Positions 1 to 9,820 of a DNA stretch of 52,785 nt are shown here, piece by piece. A program made the position numbers and the translations under genes. Location of the stretch: positions 1-52,785 of the forward strand of contig CAYZME010000002.1 in assembly GCA_964479435.1 (NCBI GenBank), in the 5' to 3' direction. The notes under the pieces were generated by a model. That model searched no databases, had not been told where the DNA came from, and was given only the letters and a program-made list of their open reading frames with translations. Within the stretch, counting starts at the first letter, position 1. Each line of letters starts with the position of its first letter. Source of the DNA: an uncultured Oscillospiraceae bacterium. Lineage in GTDB: Bacteria > Bacillota > Clostridia > Saccharofermentanales > UBA5734.

Positions 1-19
1 AGAAATAAAACAGCTTATA

Positions 20-1420
20 TTACAGCCTCGACATCAATACTACCGTCTCAATGTGCTCCGTCCACGGAAACAGATCCACCGGCTGCACCCGCTCCACGCA
101 GTAACCGCCCTCCACCAGTCGCGCGACATCGCGGGCCAACGTCGAGGGCGCGCAGGACACATACACGATCCGCGGCGGCGCGGCGCGCACCAGCGTATCC
201 AACAACCGCGCGTCACATCCCCGCCGGGGCGGGTCGAGCACGACAACGGCTTGCTGTGTCTCGCCTTGCTCCCAGAGCGACGCCAATTCCCGCTCCGCCT
301 GACCGGCGATGAACGTCACGCGCTCCGCCAGTCCGTTGCGCTGCGCGTTGGCCATCGCGTCTTGCACAGCCGCCGGTTCCGATTCAATCCCCACCACGCG
401 TGCGAACTTGCGCGCCAGCAGGCAGGCGATCGTACCGGTGCCACAGTATAGGTCGTACGCCACCTTCTCTGCGGACTCCGCCGCCCACGCCACCGCGATC
501 CGGTATAGCGTCTCCGCCTGTGAAGGGTTGACTTGAAAAAACGAAGCGGGCGACAGGGAAAAATCCAGGCCGTCCAGCCGCTCCGTGATCGTCTCCACGC
601 CATGAACGCCCAACATATACTCGCCCATAATGCGCGCGCCCGGCTCGGGCTGCGCGTTGAGCGTCAGACCGACCAGTCGCAGACCGGCGCCCGCCAACGC
701 TTCCGCCATCTCGGTCGCCAGCCCCGCCAAACCCGGGAACAACGGCATCCCTGCGCCATCGTCCAAATCCGCGCTGGCCAGAACCAGCACCACTTGCACC
801 TCGCCGGTGCTACGGCTGGTGCGCACCACCACATGGCGTACCAGGCCGCCGCGGTCATGGTCGTCGTACGCGGGGACTTCTTCCCGCCGCATCCACGCCG
901 CCACGGCCGTGCGCACGAGCGGGCCGGCGATATGCTGGACACGGCATTGGGAAAACGGCACCACCCGGCGCGAGCCGCGCGCGAAAAAACCGATGCCCTC
1001 CGGTCGCACCGGCATCGCCACCTTGTGGCGGCTGAACAGGGGCTCCGGCATGCCAATCGTCGCCCGCGTCCGCGCTCCGGCGTCCGCCACACGGCCGATC
1101 CGGGTCAGCGCGTCGACCACCTGTTGCCGCTTCCACACCAGTTGGGCTCCATACGCCACATGTTGCATCGAACAGCCGCCACAGGTCCCAAAGTCCGGGC
1201 AAAACGGCTCGACGCGATCCGGCGAGGCCGACAGCAACGCCTCGCGCACCCCTTCACAATACCGGGGCCGGCAGCGCGTAACCCGCACCCGCGCGGACTC
1301 CCCGGGCAACACCCCCGGCACAAAGACAGCCATGCCATCCGGCATGCGCCCCACGCCGTGCCCCTCATGTGTCAATCCCGTCACTTGGACCGTGCAGACC
1401 TGTCCGACCTCGATCGCCAT
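20..1420 (-). CDS. rlmD: 23S rRNA (uracil-5)-methyltransferase, RlmD/RumA family (TRAM domain, Fe-S cysteines, SAM methyltransferase)
   Basis: ORF 20..1432 (-). Cys cluster CPDFGTCGGCSMQH, SAM motifs DLYCGTGTI and VLDPPRRG, catalytic-Cys region VYVSCAPSTLARD. Start placed at ATG 1420 (MAIEV...), 7 nt after GGAAGGTGGG; GTG 1432 is the alternative. Confidence 0.85.
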   Translation of the reverse strand: MAIEVGQVCTVQVTGLTHEGHGVGRMPDGMAVFVPGVLPGESARVRVTRCRPRYCEGVREALLSASPDRVEPFCPDFGTCGGCSMQHVAYGAQLVWKRQQVVDALTRIGRVADAGARTRATIGMPEPLFSRHKVAMPVRPEGIGFFARGSRRVVPFSQCRVQHIAGPLVRTAVAAWMRREEVPAYDDHDRGGLVRHVVVRTSRSTGEVQVVLVLASADLDDGAGMPLFPGLAGLATEMAEALAGAGLRLVGLTLNAQPEPGARIMGEYMLGVHGVETITERLDGLDFSLSPASFFQVNPSQAETLYRIAVAWAAESAEKVAYDLYCGTGTIACLLARKFARVVGIESEPAAVQDAMANAQRNGLAERVTFIAGQAERELASLWEQGETQQAVVVLDPPRRGCDARLLDTLVRAAPPRIVYVSCAPSTLARDVARLVEGGYCVERVQPVDLFPWTEHIETVVLMSRL

Positions 1421-1440
1421 TCGCGCGCCCACCTTCCCGA

Positions 1441-1470
1441 TTTATGATATATTATAGCTACTTTTGACCC
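1441..1470. promoter_or_regulatory. AT-rich divergent promoter region between the rlmD-like and PBP genes
   Basis: This is the only AT-rich stretch here (TTTATGATATATTATAGCTAC). Minus-strand TATAAT at 1451..1456; plus-strand TATGAT/TATTAT candidates. No convincing -35 on either strand. Confidence 0.4.
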
Positions 1471-1487
1471 GGGGGGAAAAACGGCTC

Positions 1488-3857
1488 ATGTCCGTCAAAA
1501 AGCGCCCTACGGGGGCCGCAAGCGGCTCCCGGTCCACGCGGTCGCGGCAATATGAAAATGCTTACGGCCAGTATCGCGCCGAAAAAACCAACAACATCGT
1601 CCGCAAGGAACTGATGCGCCAAGTCAAAGGCAAGCCCTCCCGCTCACTCACTCCCGAGTCGGTGGCTCGATCCGGGTGGATCGGCATTGCCCGCGCCATC
1701 AAGCTGGTGCTCTCGGCTTTGCTGATCGTGGCTTTTTTCATCGGCGGCATCGGCGGCGGCATTTTGTTCGGCTACATCCAAACCGCCAAGCCCGTCTCGC
1801 TGGACGCGATCTACCAATCCGACGACATTCAATCGACGCGCATCTACGACGCCAACGGCAATCTGTTGATCACCCTCACGGGCAGCGACAACATCAACCG
1901 CGAACAGATCACCTATTCCGAGGTCAAAAACACGTACATCGACGACGCCTTTATCGCCATCGAGGATGAGCGCTTTGAAGACCACATCGGCATCGACCCC
2001 AAGCGCATCGGCAGCGCGATTCTCAGCGCCCTGATGGGCGGCGGCTCCCCGTCACACGGGGGATCTACGATCACCCAGCAGACCGTCAAAATGATCACCG
2101 GCGCCGACGAAGTTTCGGCGCAGCGCAAAATCGGCGAGTGGGCCAAAGCCATCAACATGGAGACCCGCTTCTCCAAGCAAGAGATCATGCAGCTCTACCT
2201 CAACCTGGTGCCGATGGCCAACAACTATGTCGGCATCCAGTCGGCCGCCAAAGCCTACTTTGGCAAACCCGCCTCTGAGCTCAACCTCGCCGAGTCCGCG
2301 TTTTTGGCCGGCATCCCCAAATCGCCATCCTATTTCAACCCGCTGACCGAATCCGGCCGCCGCAACGCCATGCGGCGCCAACGCATCGTGCTGGGCAAAA
2401 TGCTGGAACTCAAACGCATCACCCAGGCGCAATATGAGGAAGCGCTCAACACCGAACTCAAGATCGCGATGCAGGCGGCGAACACCTCCGCGACCAAAAT
2501 CACTTCTTATTTCATCGATTACGTCATCAACACCGTCATCGACGACTTGTCACAAAAGCGCGGCTGGAGCAAATCGCTGGCCGAATCGGTCCTGTACAAC
2601 GGCGGCCTGATTGTCAAAACCACGCTGGACCCGGACGTGCAGCAAGCGCTGGATGAAACCTTCCAAAAAGAAGAATTGTTCGTCCGCAACAAAGAAGCCG
2701 TCGCCGATTACCCCGAACACGCGCAAGCCGGCATGGTGGTCATCGATCAGCGCACCGGCCAAATCAAAGGGCTGTACGGCGGCTATGGGGAAAAGACCAT
2801 CAGCCGCGCCTTTAACCGCGCGACCGACATCGAACGCCAGCCCGGCTCCTCGATCAAGCCGATCGGCGTATATGGCCCGGCGATGGATCTGGGGTATATC
2901 TCCGGCGCGACCGTCATCGAGGACAAAATCATCTACTTCAACCCGGACAAGCCCACGACGCCATATCCGGTCAACGTCATTCATCGATACCTCGGCAACC
3001 TCACGGTTCGCCAGGCCCTGATCTACTCCACCAATACCGTCGCGGCCCGCGTCTGGAAAGAAATCCTCGGTGGCGAGAACTCCCTCTACTATCTCAACCG
3101 CCTGGGCATCAACCGGCTGAGCGAAAACTACGTAGCGACCGCTCTGGGCGGCTTCAACCAGGGCATGTCGCCGCTGGAAATGGCAGGAGCCTACACCGCG
3201 TTGGCCAACAACGGTTTGTTTACCCAGCCCTACGCCTACACCGAGGTCATCCACCCCGACGAAGGCGTGCTGCTGGATCACACCGCGCCCGAGTTCACGC
3301 CGGTTTTCAAACCCGAAACCGCGTTTGTGATGACCGACATGCTCGTGGAAACGGTCGAATCCTACGGCCCGCAATACCGGGTGCTCAACGCGTCCGGCGA
3401 ATACATCAAAGCGACCGGCAAATCCGGTACCACCGACGAAAACGTCGACCGATGGATCGTCGGCTATACCCCCTACTACACCGCGGCCGTCTGGTACGGA
3501 TACGACAACCTGCTGACGACCATCCCGGTCCCCTCACAGGACCACAACTCGCCCTTTGACATCTGGTTTGACGCGATGAACCAGATCCATGCCAACCTGT
3601 CACCCAAAGACTTTGACCGCCCTTCCTCTCTTCGCGGCATCAAGATCTGCCGCAAATCCGGCCTGCTTCCGGTCGAAGGCCAATGCACCGACGTCATCAC
3701 CGAATACTTCGTCGAGGGCAGCCATCTGATCCCGTCACAGTCGTGCACGGTCCACGCGCCCAAACCCACCCCGACACCGACACCCGACCCCAAAGCGCCA
3801 AAGCCCAAACCCAACGTTTCACCGACCCCGATCATCACCACCAAACCCGGCCGCTAG
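1488..3857 (+). CDS. Class A penicillin-binding protein (bifunctional glycosyltransferase/transpeptidase, PBP1A type)
   Basis: GT51 motifs EDERFEDHIGID, GGSTITQQ, RKIGEW. Transpeptidase motifs SSIKP (SxxK), YSTNT (SxN), KSGTT (KTG-like). N-terminal TM segment and a Pro/Thr/Lys-rich C-terminal tail. Start set to ATG 1488 after GGGGGGAAAA; the track start 1464 is TTG. Confidence 0.9.
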   Translation: MSVKKRPTGAASGSRSTRSRQYENAYGQYRAEKTNNIVRKELMRQVKGKPSRSLTPESVARSGWIGIARAIKLVLSALLIVAFFIGGIGGGILFGYIQTAKPVSLDAIYQSDDIQSTRIYDANGNLLITLTGSDNINREQITYSEVKNTYIDDAFIAIEDERFEDHIGIDPKRIGSAILSALMGGGSPSHGGSTITQQTVKMITGADEVSAQRKIGEWAKAINMETRFSKQEIMQLYLNLVPMANNYVGIQSAAKAYFGKPASELNLAESAFLAGIPKSPSYFNPLTESGRRNAMRRQRIVLGKMLELKRITQAQYEEALNTELKIAMQAANTSATKITSYFIDYVINTVIDDLSQKRGWSKSLAESVLYNGGLIVKTTLDPDVQQALDETFQKEELFVRNKEAVADYPEHAQAGMVVIDQRTGQIKGLYGGYGEKTISRAFNRATDIERQPGSSIKPIGVYGPAMDLGYISGATVIEDKIIYFNPDKPTTPYPVNVIHRYLGNLTVRQALIYSTNTVAARVWKEILGGENSLYYLNRLGINRLSENYVATALGGFNQGMSPLEMAGAYTALANNGLFTQPYAYTEVIHPDEGVLLDHTAPEFTPVFKPETAFVMTDMLVETVESYGPQYRVLNASGEYIKATGKSGTTDENVDRWIVGYTPYYTAAVWYGYDNLLTTIPVPSQDHNSPFDIWFDAMNQIHANLSPKDFDRPSSLRGIKICRKSGLLPVEGQCTDVITEYFVEGSHLIPSQSCTVHAPKPTPTPTPDPKAPKPKPNVSPTPIITTKPGR

Positions 3858-3880
3858 ACCGACGATGGCACCACAAACAA

Positions 3881-3916
3881 ACACGCGCTGGACTCCGGGT
3901 CCTGCGCGTGTGTTTT
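3881..3916. terminator. Bidirectional intrinsic terminator between convergent PBP and proB
   Basis: ACACGCGC-t-GGAC / GTCC-t-GCGCGTGT stem (about 12 bp, 5-nt loop). It is followed by TTTT on the plus strand and preceded by the complement of TTGTTTG for the minus strand. Confidence 0.65.
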
Positions 3917-3942
3917 ACGTCTCAATGGGGCCAGTGAGCGAT

Positions 3943-4764
3943 TCAGGGTTCGCGCGTCCGGGCGGCAAACATCGTGCCGACCTCGCGGCCGGCGACCACG
4001 CCGGCGACGACGTCGGCGCAAGCGCCGTTGGCGATCACCATATCGATCCCCGCGGCGGTCGCGATGCGCGCCGCTTCGATTTTGGTGGCCATGCCGCCGG
4101 TGCCGCGGGCGGATCCGGATCCGCCCGCCATCCGGGCGATTTCATCGGTCAGATCCGCGACATACGGGATCAGGCAGGCCGAACGCTCTTCGCGTGGGTC
4201 GCAATCGTACAGTCCGTCGATGTCCGACAGCAGGATCAGCAAATCAGCCTGCGTCAAAGCGGCGACGATCGCCGACAGGGTGTCGTTGTCGCCAAACGTG
4301 CCGTTGTGCATGATCTCGTGCGTGGAGACCGAGTCGTTTTCATTGACCACCGGGATCACTTCGCGCTCTAGCAGAGCCTCAAACGTGTTGATCGCGTTTT
4401 GGCGGGTCGTCGGATCCTCGATGTCGTCGCGCGTCAGCAGAATCTGCGCCGACACATAGCCGTACTCACCGAACAGCTTGCTGTAAATATTCATCAGCTC
4501 GCATTGGCCGACGGCGGCAATTGCCTGTTTGTCGCGGATCGATTCGGGCTTGCGCGACAAGCGCAATTTTCCCATCCCCATCGCGATGGCGCCCGAGGAG
4601 ACCAGAATCACCTCGCGTCCCTGATTGCGCAGATCGGCGATCGCACGACACAAACGGTCCAAATTGGCCAGATGCATCCGTCCGTTTTCGTAGGTGATGG
4701 TGGAGGTGCCGATCTTGATGACGATCCGCTGGGCGTCAGCAAGTCGGGAGCGGGGATTGGACAT
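3943..4764 (-). CDS. proB: Glutamate 5-kinase (short form without PUA domain)
   Basis: RIVIKIGTSTIT, VILVSSGAIAMG, FGDNDTLSA and GGMATKIEAA are typical amino-acid-kinase/ProB motifs. Start at ATG 4764 (MSNPRS...) with CAGGAGG SD at 4769..4777. The 57-codon upstream extension in the ORF track is Arg/Pro-rich. Confidence 0.9.
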   Translation of the reverse strand: MSNPRSRLADAQRIVIKIGTSTITYENGRMHLANLDRLCRAIADLRNQGREVILVSSGAIAMGMGKLRLSRKPESIRDKQAIAAVGQCELMNIYSKLFGEYGYVSAQILLTRDDIEDPTTRQNAINTFEALLEREVIPVVNENDSVSTHEIMHNGTFGDNDTLSAIVAALTQADLLILLSDIDGLYDCDPREERSACLIPYVADLTDEIARMAGGSGSARGTGGMATKIEAARIATAAGIDMVIANGACADVVAGVVAGREVGTMFAARTREP

Positions 4765-5022
4765 ACATGGCCTCCTGTCTGGTGTGACTACAAGGTTTTT
4801 CAAGGATATATCGCGCGCCGCGAAAAAGCAAACAACCACTCGGGCGCGCCGGTCCGCGCACGCTCCCGGAACCGGCCTGCGGATCCGGGTTCCCTGGCGG
4901 GAAGAGGCACGTACGCGAGATTGATTTTTGCACAATTTTTCGCTCAGCTATTTACTTTTACTAAACTTGGGGTTTAATATCATGCTACTCGCCTTTGCGC
5001 GCACGCCGTGACTCATGGAGGG

Positions 5023-5577
5023 ATGGAATTGCACATCGGGGACAAAATCAAAAGCCTGCGCCAGCAAAACCAATTGACCCAGGAAGAACTCGCCGATCGC
5101 TGTGAGTTGTCCAAGGGTTTTATTTCCCTGCTCGAGCGCGACATGACCTCCCCGTCGATCGCCACCCTGACCGACATCCTCAGTTGCCTGGGCACCGATC
5201 TTCAGGAATTTTTCAGCGGGCTGGGCGCGGACGCCGACCGCCAGGTCGTGTTTCGCGCCCAGGAGCACATGGTCAAACGCGACGCGGAGATGGCCAGCGA
5301 GGTGGTCTGGCTGATTCCGACCGCGCAAAAAAATGTCATGGAGCCCATTCTCGTCACGCTCGAACCGGGCGGCGCGACCTTTTTGGACCGGCCGCACGAA
5401 GGGGAAGAGGTCGGGTATGTCTTGCAAGGGAACATCACCATCGAGATGGGTGATCGCCATTGCCGCGCCGGCCGCGGCGACAGTTTCCTGATCCAGCCCG
5501 ACGCGCCCCACCGCATTGTCAACGTGGGCAAACGGACGGCCCGATTTATCTGGATATCCTCGCCGCCCAGCTTTTGA
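5023..5577 (+). CDS. XRE-family HTH plus cupin-domain transcriptional regulator
   Basis: N-terminal IKSLRQQNQLTQEELADRCELSKGFISLLERD (HTH_3 type). The C-terminal region has the length expected for a cupin barrel, including HEGEEVGYVLQGNITIE. ATG 5023 is preceded by GGAGGG. The gene lies directly upstream of potABCD. Confidence 0.8.
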   Translation: MELHIGDKIKSLRQQNQLTQEELADRCELSKGFISLLERDMTSPSIATLTDILSCLGTDLQEFFSGLGADADRQVVFRAQEHMVKRDAEMASEVVWLIPTAQKNVMEPILVTLEPGGATFLDRPHEGEEVGYVLQGNITIEMGDRHCRAGRGDSFLIQPDAPHRIVNVGKRTARFIWISSPPSF

Positions 5578-5617
5578 AGCGGCGCCTGTCTATATTACAT
5601 GACAAGGAGGACCTGCC

Positions 5618-6865
5618 ATGCTCTCCATCCCCCGGCGGCTTGCCAATCACCGCCCCGCCAACAAAAACGAAAGCGCCCCCTCGCCCCGCAATGAGGCCGT
5701 GGCGGCCAAACAATGGCTGGAAGACAAGACCGGGTCGCGGCACCTGATCGAAGTCATCGGCATGAACAAATCCTTTGGCGAGGTCCAGGTGCTGAAAAAC
5801 ATCACGTTTTACGTGCGCAACAACGAGTTTATCACCCTGCTCGGGCCTTCGGGGTGTGGCAAATCGACCACACTGCGCGTGCTCGCCGGGTTTGAACAGC
5901 CGGATGATGGGCAGGTGCTGTTTGAGGGCCGCGACCTGACCGCGATCCCCCCATACCAGCGCAAGCTCAACACCGTGTTTCAGCGCTACGCGCTGTTCCC
6001 CCACCTGAGTGTTTTTGAAAACGTGGCTTTTGGCCTGCGGGTCAAAAATGTGGCCCGGCATGAAATCGCCGACCGGGTCGAGCAGGCGCTGCGCACGGTG
6101 GACCTGCAGGGTTATGGCAAACGCTGGGTCGATCAGTTGTCCGGCGGGCAGATGCAGCGGGTGGCGATCGCGCGCGCCATCGTCAACAAGCCGATGGTGC
6201 TGCTGCTGGACGAGCCGTTGGGCGCGCTCGATCTGAAAATGCGCAAAGAAATGCAGGTCGAGCTCAAAGACATGCAACGCAGCCTGGGGATTACTTTTAT
6301 CTATGTCACCCACGACCAGGAAGAAGCCTTGACGATGTCGGACACGATCATCGTCATGAACGACGGCGTGATCCAGCAAATCGGGCGCCCGATTGATATC
6401 TACAACGAACCGCAAAACGCCTTTGTCGCCGGCTTCATCGGCGAGAGCAACATCATCCCGGGCCGGATGGAACAGGACTATGAGGCGCATTTTGCCGGAC
6501 GGACCTTTCCCTGTGTGGACAAGCGTTTTGCCGAAGAAGAGGTCGATGTGGTCATCCGCCCCGAAGACATCGACATCGTCCCGCCGGACGCCGACACCCT
6601 CAACGGGGTCGTCGACTCGGTGGTCTTTAAGGGCGTCCATTACGAGATGATGATCGAATCGGATGATTTCACATGGATGGTGCACAGCACCGACCACGCC
6701 GCGGAAGGAACCCGCGTGGGCTTGTCGTTCGGCCCCAACGACATCCACATCATGGCCAAATCCGCGTTCTCACCCGACCGGGAGCGCCCGCACGCGGCAG
6801 ACAGCCCGACAGCGGAGGCGATGGCGGAATACGAATCCGGACACGCGGGAGGTGAGTGGGGATGA
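5618..6865 (+). CDS. potA: Spermidine/putrescine ABC transporter ATP-binding protein
   Basis: Walker A GPSGCGKST, signature LSGGQMQRVAIARA, Walker B LLLDEPLGALD, and a C-terminal TOBE-like part. AAGGAGG SD at 5601..5607. N- and C-terminal extensions relative to typical PotA. Confidence 0.9.
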   Translation: MLSIPRRLANHRPANKNESAPSPRNEAVAAKQWLEDKTGSRHLIEVIGMNKSFGEVQVLKNITFYVRNNEFITLLGPSGCGKSTTLRVLAGFEQPDDGQVLFEGRDLTAIPPYQRKLNTVFQRYALFPHLSVFENVAFGLRVKNVARHEIADRVEQALRTVDLQGYGKRWVDQLSGGQMQRVAIARAIVNKPMVLLLDEPLGALDLKMRKEMQVELKDMQRSLGITFIYVTHDQEEALTMSDTIIVMNDGVIQQIGRPIDIYNEPQNAFVAGFIGESNIIPGRMEQDYEAHFAGRTFPCVDKRFAEEEVDVVIRPEDIDIVPPDADTLNGVVDSVVFKGVHYEMMIESDDFTWMVHSTDHAAEGTRVGLSFGPNDIHIMAKSAFSPDRERPHAADSPTAEAMAEYESGHAGGEWG

Positions 6866-7767
6866 AGCTCAAACGTTTTGTCTACCCCTACATGCTCTGG
6901 ATGGTGCTGTTCACGATTCTGCCGCTGCTGCTGATCGCTTTTTATGCCTTTACCACCTACGACGCCGAGGGTCGCCTGGTCTTTTCCCTGGTGGGGTTTG
7001 CCAACATCGTCACCGGCGACCGGGTGGAAATGGGCGCGTTTGGTTTGCGTTCGTTGTTCGGGGTGCGCTGGATGGTGCCGATCTATGTCAACACCTTCCT
7101 CCTTTCTCTGGAAATGGCGCTGATCTGCACTGTGATTTGCCTGCTTGCCGGATACCCCGTCTCCTACCTGCTCGCCAACCGGGCGCGGCGGCGCCGCGGC
7201 CGCGGGGATCTGCTGCTGTTTCTGTTTGTCATGCCGATGTGGATGAACGCGCTGCTGCGCACCTACGCCTGGCTGGCGCTGCTCGAACCCAAAGGCATCG
7301 TCAATTCGCTGCTGGCGCTGGTCGGCATCGCCGAACAAGCCTTCCTCTACAACCGTTTCGCGATCGGGCTGGGGATGGTGTACAATTACCTGCCCTACAT
7401 GGTGTTGCCCATTTATTCCGTACTGGTCAAGATCGACCCCAACGTCGTCGAAGCGGCCGAGGATCTGGGCGCCAACCGTGTGGAGACGTTCTCGCGCGTC
7501 ATCTTCCCGCTGAGCGCGCCCGGCATTTTGTCGGGCATCAACATGGTGTTCCTGCCCGCCATGACCACCTTTCTGATTCCCAACCTGTTGGGCGGCGGGC
7601 GGTATTTACTGATCGGCAACGTGATCGAGCGCCAATACATGGTAGCGCGCGATTGGACCACCGCGTCGGCGCTCTCGATTGTCCTGCTGGCGCTGGTACT
7701 GCTCGGCATGAGTGTGCTCACGCGCGATGAAACGGCGAGCGGGGAAGGGGGGAGCATCCTGTTATGA
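6862..7767 (+). CDS. potB: Spermidine/putrescine ABC transporter permease
   Basis: Six-TM permease with EAA loop VEAAEDLGANRVETFSRVIFPLSAPG. Its ATG overlaps the potA stop (ATGA at 6862..6865). Confidence 0.85.
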   Translation: MKLKRFVYPYMLWMVLFTILPLLLIAFYAFTTYDAEGRLVFSLVGFANIVTGDRVEMGAFGLRSLFGVRWMVPIYVNTFLLSLEMALICTVICLLAGYPVSYLLANRARRRRGRGDLLLFLFVMPMWMNALLRTYAWLALLEPKGIVNSLLALVGIAEQAFLYNRFAIGLGMVYNYLPYMVLPIYSVLVKIDPNVVEAAEDLGANRVETFSRVIFPLSAPGILSGINMVFLPAMTTFLIPNLLGGGRYLLIGNVIERQYMVARDWTTASALSIVLLALVLLGMSVLTRDETASGEGGSILL

Positions 7768-8585
7768 TCCGCGCATTTGGGAAAATTATCCGCAACGCCT
7801 ACATGGCACTGGTGTTTCTTTTCTTGTACGCGCCGGTTGCCGTCCTGATGGTGTTCTCGTTCAACAAATCCAAATCCCGGGCGGTCTGGGGGGGATTCAC
7901 CCTGGATTGGTACCGCCAGTTGTTGCAGAACGACTCGATCCTCGAGGCGCTGCGGACCACCCTCGCGCTGGCCGCGCTGTCCGCGATCATCGCCACCGCG
8001 GTGGCGATTGTCACCTGTCTGGGTCTGACGGGTTTTCGGCGGCGCGCGCGAACCGCGATTATGAACGTGACTTACATCCCCAACGTCTCGCCCGATCTGG
8101 TGACGGGTATTTCGCTGATGTTGCTGTTCTCCTTTGTCGGGATAACCAGCGGGTTTCCGACTTTGCTGATGGCGCATATCGCTTTTAACATCCCCTACGC
8201 CATCCTCTCGATCTCGCCCAAAGTACGTCAGTTGGATCGCAGCGTTTATGAAGCGGCTCTGGATCTGGGTTGCCGCCCCGCGCAGGCACTGATCAAGGTT
8301 GTATTGCCCGAGATCATGCCGGGCATCGTCACTTCGCTGATTTTGACTTTTACCTTGTCGATCGATGATTTTACCATCAGCTATTTCACCTCCGGATCCA
8401 GCGCGTCCACGCTGGCCATCACGATCTACAATATGGCGCGCAAAGGCGTCAGCCCGCAAATCAACGCGCTGTCCTCCATTTTGTTCCTGGTTGTCCTGAT
8501 CCTGCTGGTGATCGTCAACATTCGCTCTTCCCGGGAGTTTAACCGGAAAAACAAAAAAAGCACCGAGGAGGTCCTAACGAGATGA
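7764..8585 (+). CDS. potC: Spermidine/putrescine ABC transporter permease
   Basis: EAA loop YEAALDLGCRPAQALIKVVLPEIMPG. ATGA overlap with the potB stop (7764..7767). Confidence 0.85.
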   Translation: MIRAFGKIIRNAYMALVFLFLYAPVAVLMVFSFNKSKSRAVWGGFTLDWYRQLLQNDSILEALRTTLALAALSAIIATAVAIVTCLGLTGFRRRARTAIMNVTYIPNVSPDLVTGISLMLLFSFVGITSGFPTLLMAHIAFNIPYAILSISPKVRQLDRSVYEAALDLGCRPAQALIKVVLPEIMPGIVTSLILTFTLSIDDFTISYFTSGSSASTLAITIYNMARKGVSPQINALSSILFLVVLILLVIVNIRSSREFNRKNKKSTEEVLTR

Positions 8586-9688
8586 AAAAACGCCTGCTAC
8601 CCTTTTTACTGGTCGCTTTGCTCCTGACAACGACCCTTTTGGCCGTCGGCTGCGGCTCCGGTGGACGTCAAACCGTACTGCTGTACACCTGGGGGGAATA
8701 CCTCGATGAGGCCACGGTGAAAGACGCGTTTGAGGAAGCCTATCCCGAATACCGCCTCAAGGTTAAAACGTTTGAGGACAATGAAAAGATGTACCCGATG
8801 CTGGACAACAACTCCTATGACGTCATCATCCCGTCGGACTACATGATTTTACGGCTGATCCGCGAGGACAAACTGCTGCCGCTGGATTTCGCCAAACTGC
8901 CCCGGACCGCGGACAACGACCCTTTGCTGGAGGAGATCGTGTTTGATCCCGATCCGGTCATGAATGCCAAACTGTTTGAATACGCGGTCCCGTACCTGTT
9001 TTGCACGGTCGGCCTGATGTACAACGCCGACGTGGTTCCCGCGCCGGCTTCCGACGCGCCCGCGGACGTGTGGGCGCCGCTGTTCGACCCGCAATACGTC
9101 AACCGCATCGGCATGTACGACAGCATGCGCGAATCCATCGGCGTCGCGCTCAACACGCTCGGCTTTGATCTGAACACTCTCAACCCCACCGAATTGCAGG
9201 CGGCGGAAGAACTGCTGTTGCGCCAACGTACAACCGTGCGCCCGCTGGTCGGCATCGATGACCTCAAAGACAAATTTGTCCAGGGCGAGCTGGTGGCCGG
9301 CGTCGCGTGGTCCGGCGACCACGTCGTCTGCCAGGACCGGTTGCGGGAGGGCGGACAAGATCCCGAGATGTTGCAATTCGCGCTGCCCGCCGGTTCCAAC
9401 ATCTCCATCGACATGATGTGCATCCCCAAAAACGCCAAAAATGTCGAAGGCGCGCTCAAGCTGATCGACTTCTTGTGCCACCCGGGTATCGCGCTGGCCA
9501 ATTGCGAGTTTGTCGGCTACTCGACACCCAACCTGAAAGCCCGTGAGCAGTTGGATCCGGCCATCCGTGACAATCCGGCCTACTATCCAGATGAGGAGCT
9601 GGCCAAATCCCTGCAACCCTATTATTCCAGCGTAGAGATTGACAGCACGTACAACGCGCTGTGGACCAAATACCTCGCGGTGAACTGA
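8582..9688 (+). CDS. potD: Spermidine/putrescine-binding lipoprotein (ABC substrate-binding protein)
   Basis: Signal peptide with lipobox LLAVGC. PotD/PotF-like length and operon position. ATGA overlap with the potC stop (8582..8585). Confidence 0.85.
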   Translation: MKKRLLPFLLVALLLTTTLLAVGCGSGGRQTVLLYTWGEYLDEATVKDAFEEAYPEYRLKVKTFEDNEKMYPMLDNNSYDVIIPSDYMILRLIREDKLLPLDFAKLPRTADNDPLLEEIVFDPDPVMNAKLFEYAVPYLFCTVGLMYNADVVPAPASDAPADVWAPLFDPQYVNRIGMYDSMRESIGVALNTLGFDLNTLNPTELQAAEELLLRQRTTVRPLVGIDDLKDKFVQGELVAGVAWSGDHVVCQDRLREGGQDPEMLQFALPAGSNISIDMMCIPKNAKNVEGALKLIDFLCHPGIALANCEFVGYSTPNLKAREQLDPAIRDNPAYYPDEELAKSLQPYYSSVEIDSTYNALWTKYLAVN

Positions 9689-9740
9689 CCCCGCGGCGAG
9701 GGCCTGTTCCCTTGCCACCGCATCCGATCCTGATCGCAAA

Positions 9741-9772
9741 CAGCCGCCCGGGGATCATACCCCGGGCGGCTG
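9741..9772. terminator. GC-rich hairpin between convergent potD and htrA (probable bidirectional terminator)
   Basis: Perfect 13-bp stem CAGCCGCCCGGGG / CCCCGGGCGGCTG with a 6-nt loop. Only short T-runs flank it (TT on plus, TTTG on minus). Confidence 0.6.
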
Positions 9773-9820
9773 TTGACTATGGTCAGGCGTGAAAGCCGGA
9801 ATGGGCCGCGGCGGATCGGA

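Noticed and set aside
4765-4960. Proline T-box leader upstream of proB
   Set aside because: No AGAGA/GNUGCGA-type specifier-domain elements, no T-box sequence (GGGTGGTACCGCG-like) and no terminator U-tract were found on the minus strand.
5546-6748. 400-aa ORF antisense to potA
   Set aside because: Arg/Gly/His/Asp-rich composition typical of the reverse frame of a high-GC gene, with no recognisable motif. The opposite strand encodes a complete PotA with Walker A, signature and Walker B motifs.
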